Source: Neoechinorhynchus agilis (Eukaryota; Animalia; Acanthocephala). Taken from it: a stretch of 64,000 nucleotides of DNA. Under the pieces are notes generated by a model that worked only from the letters and a program-made list of their open reading frames with translations, was not told the DNA's origin and did not search any database. Below are positions 24,700-36,421 of this stretch, in pieces. Position numbers and translations under genes: made by a program. The number at the start of each line of letters is the position of its first letter. Position 1 is the first letter of the stretch. Where the stretch lies: the NCBI GenBank assembly GCA_051530055.1, contig CM121342.1, positions 1,336,797 to 1,400,796 on the forward strand. Reading direction: 5' to 3'.

Positions 24700-27200
24700 C
24701 AGCTCAGAGTCAATGAGAGCGGAAATCGAAGCTCGATTGCTATCGTGGATATTGGTAGCAATCTTACATTTTGTTTGTCCCAAGTGATGATTTTTTTCAA
24801 AATTTCAGGCTTAGTTCATCTGAACAACCGTGGCGAAAAGGGAATTCTGATGGGACCCAAATCTCATTAGCCAAATCAAAAATCAAAGTTCGATTACTTT
24901 CTTTGACATTGGCAGCAATCTGACAATCCATTTGTCCTAGCTGACGATTTTTCCTAATCTACCGATTTATTTCATTTAAATAACGTAAACGACGCTGCCG
25001 ATTCCAATTCGCGATAAGACGAAGCTTCCGCATTGTAAAGATCGAAAACTCTTTCTTTAAATTGGAATGAATTTTTTGTCTTCTACTCGCATTCTAGAAG
25101 ATTTACCTTAAAATGCTAGTCTCATTCCTTAAGAACTGCTCACGAGCCGACTTTCATGCCTTCGAGTATGCGAGCGACAAGTGCAAAAATTAAGAGTCAA
25201 TAAGAGCGGAAATCGAAGCTCGATTGCTATCGTGGATATTCGTAGCGATCTTACATTTCGTTGGTCCCAAGTGATGATTTTTTCAAAATTTCAGGCTTAG
25301 TTCATCTTAAAAACTGTGGCGAAAAAAGCATTCTGATGGGATCCAAATCTCATTAGCCAAATCAAAAATCAAAGTTCGATTATTTTCTTTGATATTGCCA
25401 GCGATCTGACAATCCATTTGTCCTAGCTGAAGATTTTTCCTAACCTACCGATTTATTTCATTTAAATAACGTAAACGACGCTGCCGATTCCAATTCGCGA
25501 TAAGACGAAGCTTCCGCATTGTAAAGATCAAAAACTCTTTCTTTAAATTGGAATGAATTTTTGTCTTTTACTCGCATTCTAGAAGACTTATGTTAAAATG
25601 ATAGCCTCATTCCTAAAGAACTGCTCACGAGCCGACTTTCATGCCTTCGAGTATGTTAGCGACAAGTTCAAAAATTATGAGTCAATAGGAGCGGAAATCG
25701 AAGCTCGATTGCTATCGTGGATATTGGTAGCAATCTTACATTTTGTTGGCCCCAAGTGATGATTTTTTCAAAATTTCAGGCTTAGTTCATCTGAACAACC
25801 GTGGCGAAAAAAGAATTCTGATGGGACCCAAATCTCATTAGCCAAATCAAAAATCAAAGTTCGATTATTTTCTTTGATATTGGCAGCGATCTGGCAATCC
25901 ATTTGTCCTAGCTGATGAATTTTCCTAATCTAGCGATTTATTTGATTTAAACAGCGTGAACAACGCTGCCGATTCCAATTCGCGATAAGACGGAGCTTCC
26001 GCATTGTAAAGATCAAAAACTCTTTCTTTAAATTGGAATGAATTTTTGTCTTTTACTCGCATTCTAGAAGATTTATGTTGAAATGATAGTCTCATTCCTT
26101 AAGAACTGCTCACGAGCCGACTTTCATGCCTTCGAGTATGCGAGCGACAAGTTCAAAAATTATGAGTCAATAGGAGCGGAAATCGAACTGCGTTCGCTAT
26201 CCTGCATTTTGGTTGCGATCCTACATTCCGTTGATCCCAGGTGATTATTTTTTTCAAAATTTCAGGCTTAGTTCATCTGAACAACCATGGCGAAAAAAGC
26301 ATTCTGATGGGACCCAAATCTCATTAACCAAATCAAAAATCAAAGTTCGATTACTTTCTTTGATATTGGCAGCAATCGGGTAATCCATTTGTCCAAGCTG
26401 GTGATTTTTCCTAATCTACCGATTTATTTCATTTAAACAACGTGAACGATGCTGCTGATTAAAATTCGCGTTAAGAAGAAGCTTCCGCAGTGTAAAGATC
26501 GAAAACTATTTCTTTAAATTAGAATGAATTTTTATCTTTTCCTCGCATTGATGAAGATTTTAGCTAAAATGATAGTCTCTTTCCATAAGAACTGCTCACG
26601 AGCCGACTTTCATGCCTTCGAGTATGCGAGCGACAAGTTAAAAAATTGAGAGTCAATAAGAGCGGAAATCGAACTTCGATTGCTACCCTGGATATTGGTA
26701 GCGTTCGGACATTCTGTTGGTCCCAAGTCATGATTTTTTTAAAAATTTCAGGCTTAGTTCATCTGAACAACCGTGGCGAAAAGGGAATTCTGATGGGACT
26801 TAAATCTCATTAGCCAAATCAAAAATCAAAGTTCGATTAATTTTTGGTATTCTCAGCGATCTGGCAATCCATTTGTCCTAGCTGATGATTTTTCCTAATC
26901 TACCGATTTATTTCATTTAAACAACGTAAACGACGCTGCCGATTCCTATTCTCGATAATAGATCGAAAACTCTTTATTTAAATTGGAATGAATTTTTCTC
27001 TTTTACTCGCATTCCAGAAGATTTTAGCTAAAATGATAAAGTTTCATTCCTTAAGAACTGCTCACGAGTCGACTTTCATGCCTTCGGGCATGCGAGCGGC
27101 AAGTTCAAAAATTTTGAGTCAATAAGAATGGAAATCGAAGCTCGATTGCTATCCCGGATATTGGTAGCGATCGGACATTCCATTTGTCTAAAGATTGAAC
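24700..27200. repeat. ~485-bp tandem satellite, about 5 units
   Basis: gagcggaaatcgaa anchors near 24718, 25204, 25689, 26172, 26660 and 27126. Related pieces occur at 43720-44090, 48755-48975 and 55590-56213 (inverted). Confidence 0.95.
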
Positions 27201-27387
27201 TGTTCATGTTGGTCATTAATGGCGAATAAGTTGAAAAATCCGATATTTCTGTACATTCTTTATCTTTTATCAAGGTTGCTTCCCCTCGCAATCATCTTCA
27301 GAAATGGGTGAGAAAAAAGCTAGAAAGAGAGCTTCTCGTCATCTTCAGAAATGGGTGAGAAAAAAGCTAGAAAGAGAGCTTCTCGTA

Positions 27388-30300
27388 AAGCTGGTCGCTT
27401 TATTCTTGGCTCGCTAGGTGGAATTCGACGATGTGAGAGAGCATGTCAAGTCGAAGCCGAGGCAACTCAAGGGCAATGATTGCGTTTTCTGCTCAGTATC
27501 CTGCAAGGACTGTGACTATGTCGATATTGGACAAATACCACAATCCCCATCGGACTCCTGATAAAAGCTGGTCGCTTTATTCTTCGCTCGCTAGGTGGAA
27601 TTCTACGATGTAGAGCATGTCGTCGAAGCCGAGGCAACTCAAGGGCAATGATTGCGTTTTTCTGCTCAGTATCCTGCAAGGATTGTGACTATGTCTATAT
27701 TGACAAATACCACAATCCCCATCGGACTCTGATAAAAGCTGGTCGCTTTATTCTTGGCTCGCTAGGTGGAATTGACGATGTGAGAGAGTGCGTCGGGTCA
27801 GCGAGAGGCAACTCAAGGGCAATGATTGCGTGGTTCACTCAGTATCCTGTAAGCACTGTGACCATGCTCATATTGGACAAATGCTACAATCCTCATCGGA
27901 CTCTGATAAAAGCTGGTCGCTTTATTCTTCGCTCGCTAGGTGGAATTCGACGATGTGAGAGAGCATGTCAAGTCGAAGCCAGGCAACTCAAGGGCAATGA
28001 TTGCGTTTTCTGCTCAGTATCCTGCAAGGATTGTGACTATGTCTATATTGGACAAATGCCACAATCCCCATCGGACTCCTGATAAAAGCTGGTCGCTTTA
28101 TTCTTGGCTCGCTAGGTGGAATTCGATGATGTGAGAGAGCATGTCAAGTCGAAGCCGAGGCAACTCAAGGGCAATGATTGCGTTTTCTGCTCAGTATCCT
28201 GCAAGGACTGTGACTATGTCGATATTGGACAAATACCACAATCCCCATCGGACTCCTGATAAATGCTGGTCGCTTTATTCTTCGCTCGCTAGGTGGAATT
28301 CGACGATGTGAGAGAGCATGTCAAGTCGAAGCCGAGGCAACTCAAGGGCAATGATTGCGTTTTCTGCTCAGTATCCTGCAAGGATTGTGACTATGTCTAT
28401 ATTGGACAAATAACACAATCCCCATCGGACTCCTGATAAAAGCTGGTCGCTTTATTCTTGGCTCGCTAGGTGGAATTCGACGATGTGAGAGAGCATGTCA
28501 AGTCGAAGCAGAGGCAACTCAAGGGCAATGATTGCGTGGTCTACTCAGTATCCTGCAAGCACTGTGACCATGCCTATATTGGACAAATGCCACAATCCCC
28601 ATCGGACTCCTGATAAAAGCTGGTCGCTTTATTCTTCGCTCGCTAGGTGGAATTCTACGATGTGAGAGAGCATGTCAAGTCGAAGCAGAGGCAACTCAAG
28701 GGCAATTATTGCGTTTTCTGCTCAGTATCCTGCAAGGATTGTGACCATGTCGATATTGGACAAATACCACAATCCCCATCGGACTCCTAATAAAAGCTGG
28801 TCGCTTTATTCTTTGCTCGCTAGGTTGATTTCGACGATGTGAGAGCGCATGTCAAGTCGAAGCCGAGGCAACTCAAGGGCAATGATTGCGTTTTCTGCTC
28901 AGTACCCTGCAAGGACTGTGACTATGTCGATATTGGACAAATGCCACAATCCCTGCCGAACTCCTGATAAAATAAAAGCTGGTCGCTTTATTCTTGGCTC
29001 GCTAGGTTGAATTCGACGATGTGAGAGAGCATGTCAAGTCGAAGCCGAGGCAACTCAAGGGAAATTATTGCGTTTTCTGCTCAGTACCCTGCAAGGACTG
29101 TGACTATGTCGATATTGGACAAATGCCACAATCCCCATCGGACTCCTGATAAAAGCTGTCGCTTTATTCTTCGCTCGCTAGGTGGAATTCGACGATGTGA
29201 GAGAGCATGTCAAGTCGAAGCCGAGGCAACTCAAGGGCAAATGATTGCGTTTTCTGCTCAGTACTCTGCAGGGACCCTGACCATGTCGATATTGGACAAA
29301 TGCCACAATCCCCATCGGACTCCTGATAAAAGCTGGTCGCTTTATTCTTGGCTCGCTAGGTTGATTTCGACGATGTGAGAGAGCATGTCAAGTCGAAGCC
29401 GAGGCAACTCAAGGGAAATTATTGCGTTTTCTGCTCAGTACCCTGCAAGGACTGTGACTATGTCGATATTGGACAAATGCCACAATCCCCATCGGACTCC
29501 TGATAAAAGCTGGTCGCTTTATTCTTCGCTCGCTAGGTGGAATTCGACGATGTGAGAGAGCATGTCAAGTCGAAGCCGAGGCAACTCAAGGGCAATGATT
29601 GCGTTTTCTGCTCAGTACTCTGCAGGGACTGTGACCATGTCGATATTGGACAAATGCCACAATCCCCATCGGACTCCTGATAAAAGCTGGTCGCTTTATT
29701 CTTGGCTCGCTAGGTTGATTTCGACGATGTGAGAGAGCATGTCAAGTCGAAGCCGAGGCAACTCAAGCGGAAATTATTGCGTTTTCTGCTCAGTAATTCG
29801 CAAGGACTGTGACTATGTCGATATTGGACAAATGCCACAATCCCCATCGGACTCCTGATAAAAGCTGGTCGCTTTATTCTTGGCTCGCTAGGTGGTAATC
29901 GACGATGTGAGAGAGCATGTCAAGTCGATGCCGGAGCAACTCAAGGGAAATTATTGCGTTTTCTGCTCAGTACCCTGCAAGGACTGTGACCATGTCTATA
30001 TTGGACAAATGCCACAATCCCCATCGGACTCCTGATTAAAGCTGGTCGCTTTATTCTTCGCTCGCTAGGTGGAATTCGACGATGTGAGAGAGCATGTCAA
30101 GTCGAAGCCGAGGCAACTCAAGGGCAATGATTGCGTTTTCTGCTCAGTACTCTGCAGGGACTGTGACCATGCCTATATTGGACAAATGCCACAATCCCCA
30201 TCGGACTCCTGATAAAAGCTGGTCGCTTTATTCTTCGCTCGCTAGGTGGAATTCTACGATGTGAGAGAGCATGTCAAGTCGAAGCCGGAGCAACTCAAGG

Positions 30301-31590
30301 GAAATTATTGCGTGGTCTACTCAGTATCCTGCAAGGACTGTGACTATGTCGATATTGGACGAATCCCACAACCCCCGCCGAACTGATAAAAGCTGGTCGC
30401 TTTATTCTTCGCTCGCTAGGTGGAATTCGACGATGAGAGACATGTCATCGAAGCCGAGTGCAACTCAAGGGCAATGATTGCGTTGCTCAGTATCCTGCAA
30501 GGATTGTGACTATGTCTATATTGGACAAATACCACAATCCCCATCGGACTCCTGATAAAAGCTGGTCGCTTTTATCTTCGCTCGCTAGGTGGGAATTCGA
30601 CGATGCGGAGAGAGCATGTCAAGTCGAAGCCGAGGCAACTCAAGGGCAATGATTGCGTTTTCTGCTCAGTATCCTGCAAGGATTGTGACTATGTCTATAT
30701 TGGACAAATGCCACAATCCCCATCGGACTCCTGATAAAAGCTGGTCGCTTTATTCTTGGCTCGCTATATGGAATTCGACGATGTGAGAGAGCATGTCAAG
30801 TCGAAGCCGAGGCAACTCAAGGGCAATGATTGCGTTTTCTGCTCAGTATCCTGCAAGGATTGTGACCATGTCGATATTGGACAAATGCCACAATCCCCAT
30901 CGGACTCCTGATAAAAGCTGGTCGCTTTATTCTTCGCTCGCTAGGTGGAATTCGACGATGTGAGAGAGCATGTCAAGTGGAAGCCGAGGCAACTCAAGGG
31001 CAATGATTGCGTTTTCTGCTCAGTATCCTGCAAGGACAGTGACCATGTCGATATTGGACAAATGCCACAATCCCCATCGGACTCCTGATAAAAGCTGGTC
31101 GCTTTATTCCTCGATCGCGAGGTGGAATTCGACGATATGAGAGAGCATGTCAAGTCGAAGCCGAGGCAACTCAAGGGCAATGATTGCGTTTTCTGCTCAG
31201 TATCCTGCAAGGACAGTGACCATGTCGATATTGGACAAATGCCACAATCCCCATCGGACTCCTGATAAAAGCTGGTCGCTTTATTCCTCGATCGCTAGGT
31301 GGAATTCGACGATATGAGAGAGCATGTCAAGTCGAAATCGGAGCAACTCAAGGCAATGATTGCGTGGTCTGCTCAGTATCCTGCAAGGACTGTGACTATG
31401 TCATATTTGACAAATACCACAATCCCCATCGGACTCCTGATAAAAGCTGGTCGCTTTATTCCTCGATCGCTAGGTGGAATTCGACGATATGAGAGAGCAT
31501 GTCAAGTCGAAGCCGAGGCAACTCAAGGGCAATGATTGCGTTTTCTGCTCAGTATCCTGCAAGGACTGTGACCATGTCGATATTGGACAA
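27388..31590 (+). repeat. 177-bp tandem satellite (~24 units) derived from a Penelope-like element linker/GIY-YIG N-terminus
   Basis: aagct anchors at 28086, 28263, 28440 and 28617 give a period of 177. The unit encodes ...VKSKPRQLKGNDCVFCSVSCKDCDYVYIGQ, and the last unit continues into the rest of the endonuclease. Confidence 0.9.
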
Positions 31591-31860
31591 ACAAAGCATG
31601 AGTGCGGCAGCATGAATACGCAATCAAACGGAGTGATGTGTCATCGGCCATCTTCAACGACGCCGTGCAAAACGACCATACAATCGACTTCGGAGGAGCA
31701 ATGGCGAAAATGGTTGAGAACGGGATCCAGAATTTCTTCTCATGCTGTAATACCCGGTAGGAGTGAATTTGAGCAGCGTAATTGATGGTTCGGCGCACAC
31801 GAGTGCAGGGATCAAATGAGCTCGGAGGTCGATGCCTCGAAAATTTGCATGTTTACAAAT
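31520..31860 (+). mobile_element. Penelope-like element 3' end (GIY-YIG endonuclease remnant)
   Basis: SCKDCDHVDIGQTK, then after a frameshift VRQHEYAIKRSDVSSAIFNDAVQNDHTIDFGGA. This matches the PLE pattern CxxC...YIGxT.R.L..R..EH....H.IDF. Confidence 0.75.
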
Positions 31861-31918
31861 AAATTTCGAGGAGGGAAAAACTTGCTTTGTATAGAAAGGT
31901 AGTGGAATCCATCGAAGG

Positions 31919-32157
<239 letters not shown>

Positions 32158-32489
32158 CGAAGGAAAAACTCGGTCGAATGATTAACTATTCATTATTGGC
32201 GATTTATGATGATTTAAAAATAGCGAGCTTTTCTTTTCTGCAAACTCCCTTTGCGTTATTCTTGCTGCATACGGATCCCAGTCATTTCCTCTTGATTCTA
32301 TTTCCCACATAAAGTAAAACACGAATCTTTCTTCACAATAAAAAATAATATACGATTATGACTCCGAATAGAAATTCTAGAAGCCTTATAAGTTTTGTAC
32401 TGCTTTTTTAAAGCGTTTGACGCAATATTTATTTGTGATTTAAGAAGCCGTTTCTAGATGTGTTGATTCAAAAAAATGAAACACGAATT

Positions 32490-33300
32490 ACTACATCGGT
32501 CCACAGAAAGCCAACTGAAACAAATAATTATATACTTTGGAATATTGCTCATTGTAAAAGCACAAAAGTTGTATATTCAAATCTTTATGCAGTGAGGAGT
32601 GCCTCACATATGAAATATAAAAGTTGAAACGAATTTCCAGGAAGTTGGGGGACCCCAAAGATATTCTTAATTCAGCGCGAGAGCAAGTGGACCGTGCGAG
32701 GAACATACAGTCAAAAGAAACAGTCATGAGCCCGAATCGAATGAATCTACTACGCATTGAAGTGCCGGACATAGGACCGCAGACCAACTGTTGACGAAAT
32801 AAAATTTCAAGAACAATTAAGAACAGCGGTCTGCCGATAAAATGTCAATTTTATTTTTGACTTTCTGTACTTATAGGAAACATCATTTCCCGGAAATTCA
32901 GGGAAGTAGAAAGGAGGGCTGTTGCCTACAAAGTTTCTTGTAGCCAATGCAATAGCAATTACATCGGATAAACAGGCCATAATCTGTATACGAGATTGGC
33001 GGAGCGTAAACGGTCCAAGACCCAGAAAGTGGTATCGTCGAATATCGCCGACAAAACATTGGTTTTAGCAAATGAACATAATAACATTCGACGCCTAATT
33101 AAGGAAACGTTCTTAAACATAGAACAGAAACCGTATATAAACAACTGGGGAGTTTAAAATCTCTGTCTGCACAGCTAAAAAAATGTTACAACACAATAAA
33201 CCATAAGAGCGTGTGAGAGCGAAATAATTACTCATCCACTTGTATTTGAGAACTGATGATGAATTCGACGAGGTTCGCAGAACGTCTTTAATCAATAATC
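32490..33300 (+). mobile_element. Second, unrelated Penelope-like element remnant (RT C-terminal linker plus GIY-YIG)
   Basis: Plus strand AVAYKVSCSQCNSNYIG*TGHNLYTRLAE...NIRRLIKETFLNIEQKPYIN, with an upstream GPQT...KCQF linker. An inverted copy lies at ~51205-52015. Confidence 0.7.
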
Positions 33301-33623
33301 ATTTACCGGGTGCAGACCTAAACAAAAATTCCAAGTTTTTTGCTGCTTTTTGTTTTTAAAGCGTTTGACGCAAAATTTATTTGTGATTTAAGAAGCGATT
33401 CTCGAAACCAAAAGTCCTCTAATATTTTCTTCGTTTGAAATATCAGCGAGTCATTTTATTTTGAATGTAAGGAATTTTAATAATTTCAATCACAGTTTAA
33501 TTGCGTTAAAATTCAAAATCAAGGAATAGAAATAGTCATTGCGGTGTTAAATGCGTGGTTAAACAGTTAATAGAACGCAGTTGATTTTGGTCGAAAATCT
33601 TGCTCCTAAACATAAAAAGAATG

Positions 33624-33804
33624 TTGTGCGTTGGCGAATCCTTTCCCCGGTGTTTTCGTTACTCATTTATTTTAGAAATATTTCGGAACTCACATATTTA
33701 AAAAGTTACAAACAATAGACTGAAGAGGCAAGGAAAACCTTGCGAAATATTTCAAAAATAAATGAGTAACGAAAACATCGGGGAAAGGATTCGCCAACGC
33801 ACAA
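33624..33804. mobile_element. MITE-like hairpin with ~61-bp TIRs
   Basis: ttgtgcgttggcgaatcctttccccgg...cgaaatatttc / ...cggggaaaggattcgccaacgcacaa. Copies at 50702-50882, 44281-44497 (partial) and ~24340-24450 (decayed). Confidence 0.8.
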
Positions 33805-34116
33805 TCAAATTCACCCCGAGGACAATGACATATGACAATAAAAAGAATATTTATAACTTTAATTACAGAGCGACCAATCAGACTGCGCATTTCACATGTC
33901 AGATTGCGGAGCCTGCCGAAAAATAATTGTGCATTTAAAAGCCATGTTGTCTTTTTAAACTACTCAATATTTTAAAAGGTTCCTTTATTGCAATTATCCA
34001 TGCCAGCGCCATCACTCTTATTTTAGCGAAAGGTTATGATTCCCAAAAGTTAGAAGAATACTCACTTTAAGAAATAAATTTACCTCTACCAAAAATATAG
34101 AGCGAATCGAACATAT

Positions 34117-34655
34117 ATGTGAGAAAATTCAATCAAAAATTCAACTTTATATTGTACAAAGTATAGACGGCTACATTGCTCGTAAAAACGGTTCTTTGGA
34201 TTAACTTGTAAGCGAAATGGGCAATAAAATGTTAACCAAGTATGAGAGATTTTTGGAAGTTGTTTATACAATCATTATGGGTCGTAGGACTTATGATGAA
34301 ATCATGACAATCTTAAGTCCTAATAAGTGGCCATATCGAAACAAGAAGACATGCGTTTGCGCCCGTTCACCTGAAAAATACTTATCATCCAATCACCATA
34401 TCGTATTCGTAAAGTTTGATCGGAGTTTTTTAGAATTCACCCAAAATAATTCAAAGAGAAATATCTGGAATTATGGTGGAGCTTCGGTTTTTCACGATTG
34501 CATTCGTAATAGAATGACAGACGAAATGCTCATTTGTACTATCTCAATTATTCTCGACGATGGAATCTGCCTTTTAAACAACAAAATTATGTCGTAAAGG
34601 AAATTGTTGCTTTCGAAAAAGGATCGCTTGTCAAGTATCATAGATTAAAAAAACT
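34117..34655 (+). pseudogene. Bacterial-type dihydrofolate reductase family / RibD C-terminal domain pseudogene
   Basis: KIQLYIVQSIDGYIARKNGSLD*L...TIIMGRRTYDEI...WPYRNK...NIWNYGGASV...DEMLICTISIILDDGI, then a frameshift to ...EKGSLVKY. The conserved W is TAA at 34202-34204. No introns. Confidence 0.85.
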
Positions 34656-34849
34656 TATAATCTCATTTGGAGTTGGAACGATGGAGTTTAGAAGAAATGC
34701 GGAAAAATTATTATTCGGTTGCATTTGCATCAATTTATGTTTTGAAAAATATCCCCAAATCTTTTATTTATTAGCTTATGACGAACGCTTTACGATCCTC
34801 ACGCAAAAGTTTAGACCTTATTTTTTAGCAATTACTTAAATCCAGATTT

Positions 34850-36191
34850 TTAAAGTACTATTAAGTCGCCTCCGAATGCAATCGCCCATGGCAAGCCAAA
34901 TGACGGAGTATCCTCTCCATCTGTCACTACAACATCTAATGTTCTTACGCTTACTTTAGCTTTCCCCAACACCGGAGCACCTGTGCCTCCATAAGCAGTC
35001 AATGGGCCACTCTTTTCCATACTACCATTATCAATGTGTTCCCAAATCCTACTTGGAATAACGGATACGGCTGCCCCTGTATCGAACTGCATTCTAGTCT
35101 TTAATCCGCATATCTTTACCCATATTTCAGCGATGTGTGCTTCCGATAACATCATGCAAAATGCCCGAAACGCTGACATTTGAAGCACTTTGATTTTATC
35201 GCTCGACATGCCCCATCTGCATGGTAAAGTCCACATCTATCACACTTTTCTCGAGATTGTTAGATGCTTCATAACCGTTTTTATTATTTTTATGAACCGC
35301 ACCCTCACTCCACACCACGTACACACAAGTAGCTGCACGATATGGCTATCAACCGATCGATATTAGTTAATACGCAACAGAGATCGATTCCAAATCCTGT
35401 TTAAATCCGATTCCTCCCGCATCTTGACTTTATCTTCGATTATTTCTATCGCGCGTTCTGTTGACTCGAATGTGATTGCTATTCTCAACACATCTTCCAA
35501 TGACAACTGATCCTGTTGCAGTGCGCTTTTCTTTACGAATTCGTGCGGTGTGTATAGTACTAGCATATCGCGAATCCACTCGTCAATCGCTGCTTTTTCG
35601 TTATTGATATTTTTCTTAAAAAATTGCCACCCGCAGCAGTTCCAAGCAACTCACCCACCCACTCCATATGTTTGAAATTTATATCTGGCTGTCACTTCGT
35701 GGATACTTGGCTCGAATTGCTCATTTAATATTTTCAACAAGTCTTTGTACGATAAGTCCTCAATTTTGGTTGAACTTATGGATTTTCTTATTGCTGAAAA
35801 CATCTCAGCATTCAACCAGGTTGATAGATACTTCATTTTCCTCTCATCCTCGGTGACACCATATAAACTGAAATGTTGCTCAACTTGAGTTAGGTAATTC
35901 GTCCAAGACTCTCCATTTGGGTCAAAACTTCTACGGAATCGTTGTTCTTACAACACCGTAATCTTTGACATCTCTGTTGTTGTGCAAACTCATCAAAATC
36001 GCCTGATTTATCTCGTTTTGCTGCTTCTGCTGATCGAGCAGCATCTCGATGATTTTCTCCGAACAACCACCCTCGTCGCCAAATATGGTATTCGAACTCA
36101 TCGCACTTTTTTCTAACTCACTCGCTAACACACACAAAAACGAAAAACCATACGCACGATTCAGAAATCGATGCGCTATACGTTCCTAACA
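34850..36191 (-). mobile_element. Gypsy/Mag-like LTR retrotransposon 5' part (LTR start, gag, protease), degenerate
   Basis: TGTTAGG start at 36191, gag-like FDPNGESWTNYLTQVEQHF...ARYKF...LEDVLRIAITFE, and protease QFDTGAAVSVIP. It is inserted in the intron of the third orphan-gene copy. Confidence 0.8.
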
Positions 36192-36192
36192 C

Positions 36193-36421
36193 ACTGAGGT
36201 TTACCGTTATGACAGTTGACTCACATGGTCCTTTGCGAATAAATTTTTTTTGTTATGACAGTTGGACGTACGCCTTCTATGCAAGGACGAATAATGTGCT
36301 TTCGAACGATAAGATGAGAATATCTTGTAACTCGAATTTCCTTACAAATAATATTTTTAGACTTGTTGACGCATTCTTGGATTATTTCCGTATTTAAATA
36401 TGTGTCCGATGGAGAATACAT
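36193..36421 (-). pseudogene. Third copy of the 103-aa orphan gene: exon 1 only, disrupted
   Basis: Identical exon-1 translation, a 33-bp insertion with a 13-bp duplication at 36206-36264, and an intron cut off by the LTR element. Confidence 0.75.

Noticed and set aside
24700-27200. Hammerhead (CTGANGA with variable N) or C/D snoRNA (GTGATGA...CTGA) in the 485-bp unit
   Set aside because: No stem II/GAAA follows the CTGANGA, and the C-D spacing (~35 nt) is too short with a weak terminal stem.
28080-28260. Hammerhead ribozyme within the 177-bp unit (CTGATAA, CTGAGCAGAAA) or at 31815-31850
   Set aside because: The core consensus is not met and no consistent stems I/III can be drawn.
27388-31590. 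CRISPR array, or repeat-protein gene (Cys-rich ORFs in the track)
   Set aside because: There are no unique spacers, the whole unit repeats, the context is eukaryotic, and every forward frame has stops within the unit.
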